Positions 37,693 through 45,519 of a stretch of 64,000 nucleotides of DNA are shown one piece after another. The stretch's first letter is position 1. Every line of letters begins with the position of its first letter. The stretch spans positions 3,542 to 67,541 of the forward strand of contig CAIJLX010000097.1 of NCBI GenBank assembly GCA_903821695.1. Reading direction: 5' to 3'. Both the position numbers and the translations under genes were made by a program. The DNA comes from an uncultured Alphaproteobacteria bacterium. GTDB lineage: Bacteria; Pseudomonadota; Alphaproteobacteria; Rickettsiales; CAIJLX01. The notes below the pieces were generated by a model. It did not search any database, was not told where the DNA came from, and saw nothing but the letters and a program-made list of their open reading frames with translations.

Positions 37693-40313
37693 TGCGTTGG
37701 TTATTAACTCTCGTACTAGTTGCGATTGTTGGAGCTGTGATTGCCGCACAATTCGTCACTTTGAACCAATTTAAAGATCTTGCCGCGCAAAAAGTGCGCC
37801 AAGCCACTGGCCGCAATTTAGAAATCGCCGGTGATATTAAACTTTCCTTCTATCCCGTTCTCGGTGCCAAAATCGAAAAAATTTCTCTGTCTAATATGTT
37901 GGGCGGTGAGAAGCCTTATATGGTAAGCGTCGAAAAAGTGATGATTGGCGTGAAACTCATGCCGCTAATTCATAAGCAAGTGGAGCTAGAGCGCATCATT
38001 CTGGATAAACCGATCGTCTATCTCGAAAAAAATGCTAATGGACAAGGCAATTGGGAATTCCCTAAAAATGATGAACCTGCAACGGACAATAAAACCAAAT
38101 CCACCACACCACCTGTTCGTTTGGGCGGCATTGAGATAATCGACGGTACATTTTCTTACCGCGATATAAAAGCTAACAAAACCACCACTCTTACCAAGTT
38201 CAATTCCATCGCCAATGTGATTGATATGGATAGCTATGCGCGGGTAAATGCCAATGCGGAATTTAACGGCATACCAATCAAAATTGCGCTCGAGACGGAT
38301 TCACCTTCAGCGCTAATGTCCGAAAAAGGCAGCTCGTTACATCTAGAGGCAACCGCATTTGGTATTAATAGTAAAATGGAAGGCAAAGTGGCCGTTACGC
38401 CAACGCATATTACCGTTGAAGATTTGCAGTTCGCCATCCAGCAAATTTTGGCGAAAGGAAAAATTGATGTCGCGCTTGGCGGTAACGTGCCGGTGGTGAA
38501 TGCAACGCTCGATTTCGGCGTTGTGAATCTTGATCCGCTAATGGAAGCAGCAGCTGTGGCGCCTGCTGCCCCTGCACCAAACGCAACTTTGCCTTCTGAG
38601 GTGGCCACGCAGAAAAATAACTATATTGATCCATCGGTCTTTAAATCCGTTGAAGGTTCCTTCGCGCTTTCCGCTGAGGTAGTCCAAACTAAAGCCTGGA
38701 AAATTGTACAGCCTAAATTGCGGGCGAATATGGCGGGCGGTATTGTAGCCACCGCTGCTGCCGGGCAATTTTCCTCCCCGGCCCAATCGCCAATGAATAT
38801 TACCTTTACGACGGCTGATTTGGTTGCATTGCTGCGGCCGGAGGGTGGCGCGTTTTCGATGACCGCGAAAGCTGCCGACAAGGATCTGTCCGCACAGGGA
38901 AATCTGGCATTAATTCCAGGTTTGGTTGCGCTTACCAATGCGAATATCAAATTTAATGACCAAGCTATTAATGGCCGTGTCACGCTTACTGAAAAGGCTG
39001 GCGATCAGGCACTGGATGCACAAGTGGAACTGGAAAAAAATGGTCAGCAATGGAAGATTTCGGCTAAAACTCCGGCATTGCAGAAATTAATGCAGCCTGA
39101 AGGGGCGGCGGTAGAAGTGGCACTGGAATCCGGTTCGCAGGCGGCAGAAGTGAAGGCTAATTTCAGCAATGTGGATCAAGTCATTAAATTGAATCCGCTC
39201 GTGCTTACGTTAAATGGCGGCACCGGCAAAGGCTATATCAGCTTCGATCAAAAGGCGACTATCCCAATGCTGACGGTCAATCTCGATTTCCCGACATTGG
39301 ATTTAAACCCATTACTTTCATTCGCAGAGCAGCCAGAGACTGGCAAAGCGGTAGAGCCTGCTGCAGCTGCACCGGCCTCCAAGGAAACGCCATTACGTAA
39401 CTTAAATGCGCAGATCAATTTAAAAGCAGCGCAGTTAAAAGCAAAAAACCTGCAGGTGAGCAATGTGGATTTAAATGCGTCGCTCAAAGATGGTATATTG
39501 AATGCAACTTTGGCGGATGTAGGTTTATATTCCGGCAAGGCCAGCTTGAAAGCTCGAGTCGATGGCAATACATCGGAGCCACAATTCACCATCAATACCG
39601 AAGGTAATGACGTCAATATCGGCAGTTTGTTGATGGATGCAATGCAGAGCAATATTTTTGCGGGTATTGGCCATTGGAAAGCGGATATCTCAGGCAGCGG
39701 CACAAAAACACCGGCGCTTTATAGCTCACTCAAGGGCCGAGGCGATATCGAACTTAAGCAAGGCGTTATTCGTGGCATGGATTTATTCCAGTTAATGTCC
39801 GCTGTCCGTGGCGATTTTGCGAGCAAAGCAAGTGATCAAACCAATGAAGTGAACGCTAAAGGCAGCTTCACGATGGCGCAAGGCGTGCTGGAAAATAATG
39901 ATCTAGTCCTGCAATCACCCAATATTGAAGCGGCCGGACAAGGCAAGATTTCACTGCCACACTGGGAAATTGATTACCGCTTCTCGCCAAAAATCGGTGA
40001 GCGTCGCAAAGCCGGCGAAGGTGAGAAGTTTGTGGGCCAGAATATTCCTGTGTTGATCCAAGGCTCGCTCGATCATCCAAAAATTGGGCCGGATCCAAAA
40101 GCGCTGATCGGCACCGGTCTTGAAATGCTAAAAGGCGTGAAAGGTGTGAATAAATATCTTGCACCGCTGGGTCTGGGTGGTGAGGCAGAGCAGCCAGCGA
40201 CTGAAGGTGCAACCGAAGTTCCGGCCGATGGCACTGTACCTGCCGCAGAGCAAGAGGCGCCTAAAAAGAAGAATAAATTCAACCCGCTGAATAGTTTGAA
40301 AGACCTGTTCTAA
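37680..40313 (+). CDS. AsmA family outer-membrane biogenesis protein
   Basis: 877 aa. An N-terminal TM anchor is followed by a long beta-rich periplasmic region with AsmA-like N- and C-terminal patterns (G.L.F.P.LG..I..I.L.N ... GSLD.PKI.PD). Confidence 0.7.
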   Translation: MWKVMRWLLTLVLVAIVGAVIAAQFVTLNQFKDLAAQKVRQATGRNLEIAGDIKLSFYPVLGAKIEKISLSNMLGGEKPYMVSVEKVMIGVKLMPLIHKQVELERIILDKPIVYLEKNANGQGNWEFPKNDEPATDNKTKSTTPPVRLGGIEIIDGTFSYRDIKANKTTTLTKFNSIANVIDMDSYARVNANAEFNGIPIKIALETDSPSALMSEKGSSLHLEATAFGINSKMEGKVAVTPTHITVEDLQFAIQQILAKGKIDVALGGNVPVVNATLDFGVVNLDPLMEAAAVAPAAPAPNATLPSEVATQKNNYIDPSVFKSVEGSFALSAEVVQTKAWKIVQPKLRANMAGGIVATAAAGQFSSPAQSPMNITFTTADLVALLRPEGGAFSMTAKAADKDLSAQGNLALIPGLVALTNANIKFNDQAINGRVTLTEKAGDQALDAQVELEKNGQQWKISAKTPALQKLMQPEGAAVEVALESGSQAAEVKANFSNVDQVIKLNPLVLTLNGGTGKGYISFDQKATIPMLTVNLDFPTLDLNPLLSFAEQPETGKAVEPAAAAPASKETPLRNLNAQINLKAAQLKAKNLQVSNVDLNASLKDGILNATLADVGLYSGKASLKARVDGNTSEPQFTINTEGNDVNIGSLLMDAMQSNIFAGIGHWKADISGSGTKTPALYSSLKGRGDIELKQGVIRGMDLFQLMSAVRGDFASKASDQTNEVNAKGSFTMAQGVLENNDLVLQSPNIEAAGQGKISLPHWEIDYRFSPKIGERRKAGEGEKFVGQNIPVLIQGSLDHPKIGPDPKALIGTGLEMLKGVKGVNKYLAPLGLGGEAEQPATEGATEVPADGTVPAAEQEAPKKKNKFNPLNSLKDLF

Positions 40314-40454
40314 AAGCGGTCGTTTTTCATTCTTGGCCCGGAACGATTATTGTGCGATACAAAAAAAGCCTTTTAATCAATGGGGGTTTTTGCTAATTCT
40401 CTATTACGGTCATGTAATGATCTGTTTCGCCATATCTATAAACGGAGGGTTTTA

Positions 40455-41795
40455 ATGCAACGATTTTTCAAAAAAATGAATCCGGCAGCCGCCTTTTTGG
40501 CACTTGCCGCAATTCTGTTCACCCCACTAGCCAGCTTCGCACAAGCAGCTGCTAAAACGCCAGTCGCTGATACTGGCGACACCGCTTGGATGCTCACTTC
40601 CACGGTATTGGTATTATTAATGATCATCCCAGGCCTCGCGTTATTCTATGGTGGTCTCGTTCGCCGCGAAAATATACTGGCTGCTTTGATGCAAACTTTC
40701 GCTACCTGCTGCGTGGTAAGCGTTCTCTGGGTGGTTGTAGGTTACAGCCTCGCATTCACCAGCGGCTCTAGCTTCATCGGCGGCTTTGACCGTTTCATGG
40801 GCGCCGGCATTGAACTTGGAACCTTAAGCGGTACGATTCCTGAATCCGTGTTCTTGGTGTTCCAGCTGACCTTTGCTGCTATCACCGTTGCGCTGATCTT
40901 CGGCTCCGTTGCTGATCGCATCAAATTCTCTTCATTGCTGTGCTTTGCATCGCTCTGGTTGCTCTTCGTCTATGCTCCAATTGCCCACTGGGTATGGGGT
41001 CCTGAAGGCTTCCTCGGCGGCACAGGTGTTGCAGACTTTAAAGGCTTCCTCGGCTTTGGTCCGTTCATCGACTTTGCTGGCGGCGCTGTAGTGCATATCA
41101 ACTCCGGTATTGCCGGTTTGGTTGCTGCTATCGTGCTAGGCAAACGCACCAAAGGCATTCCAAAAGAAGCGGGCAACATGGCTATGTGCGTCATCGGCGC
41201 ATCCTTGCTGTGGGTAGGCTGGTTCGGCTTTAATGCTGGTTCGGCTGTCACTTCCGGCGGACGTGCGGGCATGGCAATGCTTGCCACACACACCGCAACC
41301 GCAATGGCTGCTATCACCTGGATGTTCGCAGAGTGGATCTCTGAGGGCAAACCAAGCGTTGCTGGCATTGTTACTGGTGCTGTGGCTGGTCTGGTTACGA
41401 TCACCCCTGCTTCCGGCTTTGTCGGCGTTGCGGGTGGCTTGTGGATCGGCTTTGCTGGTGGTTTAGTCTGCTACCTCGCTTGCACCAAAATCAAAGCCAA
41501 ATTCGGCTATGACGATTCGCTCGATGTGTTCGGCGTCCATTGCGTCGGCGGTATCGTTGGTTCGATCCTGACCGGTGTATTCGCAGTGAGCGCTATCAGC
41601 GGCGTGCCAGGCGCACTCGAAGGCAACAGCAAACAGCTGATTGCTCAGATCGTCGGCAGCTTGGTCGTACTCGTCTATTCAGGCGGAATGACCTACATCC
41701 TGCTCAAAGTCACCCAACTCTTCTTCGGCCTGCGCGTCAGCCCAGAAGTCGAGAAAAAAGGCTTAAGCGTAGAGTTACATGGCCAAACCATGTAA
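40455..41795 (+). CDS. amtB: ammonium transporter (Amt family)
   Basis: The ATG at 40455 follows GGAGGG. A signal-like N-terminus is followed by DTAWMLTSTVLVLLM.PGLALFYGGLVR, FAAIT, DFAGG.VVHI.SG and DD.LDVFGVHCVGG, which are canonical Amt motifs. Confidence 0.92.
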   Translation: MQRFFKKMNPAAAFLALAAILFTPLASFAQAAAKTPVADTGDTAWMLTSTVLVLLMIIPGLALFYGGLVRRENILAALMQTFATCCVVSVLWVVVGYSLAFTSGSSFIGGFDRFMGAGIELGTLSGTIPESVFLVFQLTFAAITVALIFGSVADRIKFSSLLCFASLWLLFVYAPIAHWVWGPEGFLGGTGVADFKGFLGFGPFIDFAGGAVVHINSGIAGLVAAIVLGKRTKGIPKEAGNMAMCVIGASLLWVGWFGFNAGSAVTSGGRAGMAMLATHTATAMAAITWMFAEWISEGKPSVAGIVTGAVAGLVTITPASGFVGVAGGLWIGFAGGLVCYLACTKIKAKFGYDDSLDVFGVHCVGGIVGSILTGVFAVSAISGVPGALEGNSKQLIAQIVGSLVVLVYSGGMTYILLKVTQLFFGLRVSPEVEKKGLSVELHGQTM

Positions 41796-41816
41796 GCTCT
41801 AACGAGCTTAAAAACG

Positions 41817-41847
41817 AAAAGGCCCGGAGCAATCCGGGCCTTTTTTT
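41817..41847 (+). terminator. rho-independent terminator of amtB
   Basis: GGCCCGGA-GCAA-TCCGGGCC (41821-41840) followed by TTTTTTT (41841-41847). Confidence 0.85.
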
Positions 41848-41986
41848 ATGCCTTCCGGGATTAGAGATTTGCTTTAAGCATCCGCAATGAAACTTGCTTT
41901 GAGCATTGGCTGGATCTTAGTCGCCGCGACTTTGCTTGTTGTGGGTGGCATCTATACTGCTATTGGCGGCGCGATGCTGATAGGAT

Positions 41987-42526
41987 TTATCTGGATTTCG
42001 TAACCCAAACAGTTTTTGGCAGAACCCATTCTTCTTCCTTCGACGTGCCACTATGGTAAGGCGGATCGATATCAACAATATCTTGTAAAATAAACCCCTG
42101 CTTTTGTTTTATTTTGCTCGAAGGAATATTGCCTATAGCGTTGTTCGCCCTGATTTCCGTTATATCGGTTGTACTAAAAACATAGTTATTGAGTGCATCT
42201 GCTGCCTCCGTTGCCAACCCTTTTCCCCAATACTGTGGGTCTAGAACAAATCCCCGTTCGGCATAGATGGTGTCTTTATCCTCATGGCGCTCATATCGAA
42301 TGCTGCCAATTACTTTATCACTACCATGCAGCCTTATCGAAAAAGAGTGCCAGGCAGGATTCTTCGCCACCTCTTTCAAATGTTGCTCGGCGCCATTTTC
42401 TGGGTAAGGCCAAGGTACCGGTGGGCGCAGCCATTTGATAATTTCCCAATTGTTGAAATAGGCCTGAATATCAGCTGCATCTGATAATATCGTAGGCTTT
42501 AGAGTGAGGCTTTTGGTAGTTATCAT
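41987..42526 (-). CDS. GNAT family N-acetyltransferase (RimJ/RimL-like)
   Basis: 179 aa. LTLKP....DA..I..Y......I..W and Y......WGKGLATEA fit the pattern of the acetyltransferase (GNAT) family. Confidence 0.75.
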   Translation of the reverse strand: MITTKSLTLKPTILSDAADIQAYFNNWEIIKWLRPPVPWPYPENGAEQHLKEVAKNPAWHSFSIRLHGSDKVIGSIRYERHEDKDTIYAERGFVLDPQYWGKGLATEAADALNNYVFSTTDITEIRANNAIGNIPSSKIKQKQGFILQDIVDIDPPYHSGTSKEEEWVLPKTVWVTKSR

Positions 42527-42560
42527 CGGGCAATCTTAGCCCGGCAAAAGTGATTTGAAA

Positions 42561-42610
42561 AGTGGCGGGAGTGACGGGACTTGAACCCGCGACCTCTGCC
42601 GTGACAGGGC
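42561..42610 (-). repeat. island att repeat, tRNA-distal copy (orphan 3' fragment of tRNA-Asp)
   Basis: AGTGGCGGGAGTGACGGGACTTGAACCCGCGACCTCTGCCGTGACAGGGC is identical over 50/50 nt to 52958-53007. It covers the tRNA from the CCA end through the anticodon loop. No 5' half follows it. Confidence 0.9.
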
Positions 42611-42755
42611 TATCTGAGCCTAATCACGCCAAATGTCTTAAAGAACAATCATGCACCATAATATCAGATTAAGCCTTGATAATAAAGGGCTTAACAAAAA
42701 TCGGCAAGTGATATTGTGGTTTACCATTGTACTCTAAAAGACACTGCGTTATGGT

Positions 42756-42781
42756 TTTTTTGGACTTCATTTGGACTTCAG
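42756..42781 (+). repeat. 26-bp internal island-end repeat, copy A (2 x TTTGGACTTCA)
   Basis: TTTTTTGGACTTCATTTGGACTTCAG is identical to 52878-52903. It lies 5 nt upstream of the integrase ATG. Confidence 0.85.
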
Positions 42782-42785
42782 AAAT

Positions 42786-44024
42786 ATGCGCCTCACAAAC
42801 ACGCTAGTCGGCAGTTTACCTAAGAAAGACAAGCCATACGATGCCCGTGATGAGGATTTAACAGGCTTTTTGGTGCGCGTCCACCCGACAGGCAAGAAGG
42901 TCTATTATCTGGAATATCGCAATAAGGAAGATGGTAGAAAGCAGAGATATAAGCTCGGCAATCATGGAGCTATCACCACACCTCAGGCGCGTGAGACGGC
43001 AAGCATAGAGGCGGGTAAGGTCGCACAGGGTGAGAATATCCAGCAGGTGAAGAAGCAGAATAAAAAACAGGATGCCGCAAAGAAAAGCCGAACGCTCCAG
43101 TTGTTTATCGAAACCCGATACGAAAAATGGACGCTGACGAATCTGAAATCTGGTAAGACTACTATCAACCGCATTAAGACCCAGTTTGCGGATATGATGG
43201 AAAAACCACTGGAAGATATAGACCTATACACAGTTGGAGAGTGGCAATCTGAACGCCTAGAGGAAGAAACCTCACACGCCACCATCAATCGTGACCTGAC
43301 TTGCCTAAAAGCGCTGTTATCGAAAGCAGTAGAATGGGAAATTATAAAAGAGCATCCGCTGGCAAAGCTGAAGCCGCTAAAGGTGGATGCTCACACCAAG
43401 GTGCGGTTTTTGGATGAAGACGAAGAAGCGGCGTTGCGTACTGCGCTAGACAAACGCGAAGAACGCATACGAACGGCGCGGGAATCACACAACGCATGGA
43501 GTAAGGAGCGCGGCTATCCACTAAAGCCTGATATTCCAAAAGATGCTTTTGCCGATCACCTGAAACCGATGGTTCTACTGTCACTCAATACAGGGATGAG
43601 GCGTGGTGAGTTATTCGGGCTTAAATGGGAGGATGTCAACCTCACGCAAAACATTCTGACCGTGATAGGCGACAACGCAAAAAGCGGCAAGACTCGCCAT
43701 ATACACCTAAACTCAGTAGCGATAAGTGCCCTTAAACAGTGGAAGAAGTACCGCGACAAATCTCCGCTTGTGTTTCCTGCTAAGGATGGTGAGAGGTTAA
43801 ATAATGTGAAAAAGTCGTGGGGTAAATTGTTAAACGATGCGGGCATCACCAACTTTCGCTGGCACGATATGCGGCACGACTTCGCCTCTAAACTGGTAAT
43901 GGCAGGGGTTGATTTGAACACGGTGCGTGAGCTACTAGGACACGCCACTATACAGATGACTTTGCGTTATGCTCACCTCGCCCCAAAACACAAAGCAGAT
44001 GCAGTAGAAAGGTTGGTGAAGTAA
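42786..44024 (+). CDS. int: tyrosine-type site-specific integrase (P4-like, DUF4102 arm-binding N-terminus)
   Basis: Start at ATG 42786 (MRLTNTLVGSLPKKDKPYDARDEDLTGFLVRVHPTGKKVYYLEYR, an Arm-DNA-binding type N-terminus). The catalytic region has TGMRRGELFGLKWEDV, HDMRHDFAS and LGHATIQMTLRYAH (R..H.R..Y). Confidence 0.92.
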   Translation: MRLTNTLVGSLPKKDKPYDARDEDLTGFLVRVHPTGKKVYYLEYRNKEDGRKQRYKLGNHGAITTPQARETASIEAGKVAQGENIQQVKKQNKKQDAAKKSRTLQLFIETRYEKWTLTNLKSGKTTINRIKTQFADMMEKPLEDIDLYTVGEWQSERLEEETSHATINRDLTCLKALLSKAVEWEIIKEHPLAKLKPLKVDAHTKVRFLDEDEEAALRTALDKREERIRTARESHNAWSKERGYPLKPDIPKDAFADHLKPMVLLSLNTGMRRGELFGLKWEDVNLTQNILTVIGDNAKSGKTRHIHLNSVAISALKQWKKYRDKSPLVFPAKDGERLNNVKKSWGKLLNDAGITNFRWHDMRHDFASKLVMAGVDLNTVRELLGHATIQMTLRYAHLAPKHKADAVERLVK

Positions 44025-44025
44025 T

Positions 44026-44799
44026 ATGGGATGGAAACTAAAACCCGCTGAATATTCAAGCGTTGAGGCGTATGCGAAAAAACACGGTATCCCCACAACA
44101 GAAGTCCTATTCTTGGCTTCACGGCAGGAAATTGACATCGGTTTTCTAAACGAAAAGGAGTGTCGGGCAAAAACCGGAATCATCGAATACGAAGAAGGCA
44201 TTGGTTACTACTTGTGTCAGGAGCCGGAATATGAGGATGCAATGTGTGCGGAGCCTATTCTTACCATTCCGGCCAACAGCCCTATTTATATTTACTACAG
44301 CCATATCTCTGAGTTGATAAATCACGGTGGCACGACCGTACGCTTTATAAAGTTTGATATAGCTCCCTATTCAAGTGAGGATGGTTTGGAATATCAAACT
44401 ACGTTTGCAGAATTGATGGAGCCTGTAAAAATACAGGCAGGCGGCCTGATGGTGATTACCCAGAAAGCCAGACTTATTAAAAAAATTGAAAAAGAAGCTA
44501 CGAAGGATCAAAAACCAAAGCAAGGCAAGCCATCAAAAGGGCATGAAGTAATAATGCAGGAGCTAAGACGTAGAGGGGAGGCAGGATTACTAAAATCGAA
44601 TGTCACGGATGAAGCCAATCACCTACATAATTGGTATGAAGACTTGCTCAACAAAATGGGTGAAGATATTAAGAAAAAATTACCAACATGGGAAACCATA
44701 CGCGATAACATCTCAAAAGATTTTTATAAATATCATGAGTCGATAAAGCAGACAGAGCCTTTGAAAGCACACAAAAAGAATGAAAATACTGAAGAATAA
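44026..44799 (+). CDS. hypothetical protein (island)
   Basis: 257-aa ORF starting 2 nt after the integrase stop. It is acidic and Lys-rich, and I recognise no family. Confidence 0.55.
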   Translation: MGWKLKPAEYSSVEAYAKKHGIPTTEVLFLASRQEIDIGFLNEKECRAKTGIIEYEEGIGYYLCQEPEYEDAMCAEPILTIPANSPIYIYYSHISELINHGGTTVRFIKFDIAPYSSEDGLEYQTTFAELMEPVKIQAGGLMVITQKARLIKKIEKEATKDQKPKQGKPSKGHEVIMQELRRRGEAGLLKSNVTDEANHLHNWYEDLLNKMGEDIKKKLPTWETIRDNISKDFYKYHESIKQTEPLKAHKKNENTEE

Positions 44800-44924
44800 T
44801 AAGACGATTTATTAGCCGATTTTCTAGCCGATATACTATTTAATAGAACCTATAAAGCAGGGTTGGAGTTCCCTTTTTAGTTGTGCCTAAGATGACCCCC
44901 AGTTCACAAAACTCTGGAGGTATT

Positions 44925-45191
44925 ATGGAACTTCTTTCAACAACGTCATTATCGCAAAAGACACCCACAATCACGCCAATGCTTCTAACCGAAGAAGAGG
45001 CAGCAGCGTACACATCTTTTAGTCGTTCTTTTTTACGCAAGTGTAGAATGACAGGGGCGGCACAAAATGGCATCCCGCAACCGAAGTTTATAAAAATCGG
45101 CAAGAGGGCTATCCGCTACCTAAAGTCGGATCTGGATGAATGGATTTCAAACTTCCAGCGAGTCGAGCATCTAGCCGCACTCGAAAACTAA
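44925..45191 (+). CDS. AlpA/excisionase-family HTH protein
   Basis: The ATG at 44925 follows GGAGG. LLTEEEAAAYTSFSRSFLRKCRMTG....IPQPKFIKIGKRAIRYLKSDLDEWI fits the phage AlpA / HTH_17 excisionase pattern. Confidence 0.7.
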   Translation: MELLSTTSLSQKTPTITPMLLTEEEAAAYTSFSRSFLRKCRMTGAAQNGIPQPKFIKIGKRAIRYLKSDLDEWISNFQRVEHLAALEN

Positions 45192-45227
45192 TCACCAAAA
45201 AAACAATCAGCTTCCCAAGGCAGGAGG

Positions 45228-45371
45228 GGTATCATCACCGCCATAAAAGCAGAGGGCTACCTCACCCTACGCGCTATATCTGAACAGCTTAACCAGCGCG
45301 GAATACCCTCCCCAGAAGGCAAAAACTGGCATCTATGCAGTGTGCATCGGTTGGTGCAGCGGCTTGGTTAG
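45228..45371 (+). pseudogene. remnant of a serine-recombinase 'Recombinase'-domain gene (no start codon)
   Basis: In the same frame, right after the AlpA-like stop: ...GIITAIKAEGYLTLRAISEQLNQRGIPSPEGKNWHLCSVHRLVQRLG*. The LN.RGI.tp.G..W....V..L motif is typical of resolvase/large serine recombinase helper regions. There is no Met upstream and the catalytic domain is missing. Confidence 0.5.
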
Positions 45372-45519
45372 TGGATTGTAATATAATAACAAAATAACAG
45401 GCATCAGCATTTTTTAATAATTTTACTAACATTAACGATATGTTAACCTTTGTATGAAAGAATGGGTAAAGTCCAATAAAGCAATCTACAATAAATAAAA
45501 ACACATGAAGGGGAAAGAT

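Noticed and set aside
40314-40454. A sigma-54 (TGGCAC-N5-TTGC) promoter or a glnK gene upstream of amtB. TTGGCCCGGAACGATTATTGTGC caught my eye.
   Set aside because: The spacing of the GG and GC elements does not fit the -24/-12 consensus, and no glnK ORF is present. No claim is made.
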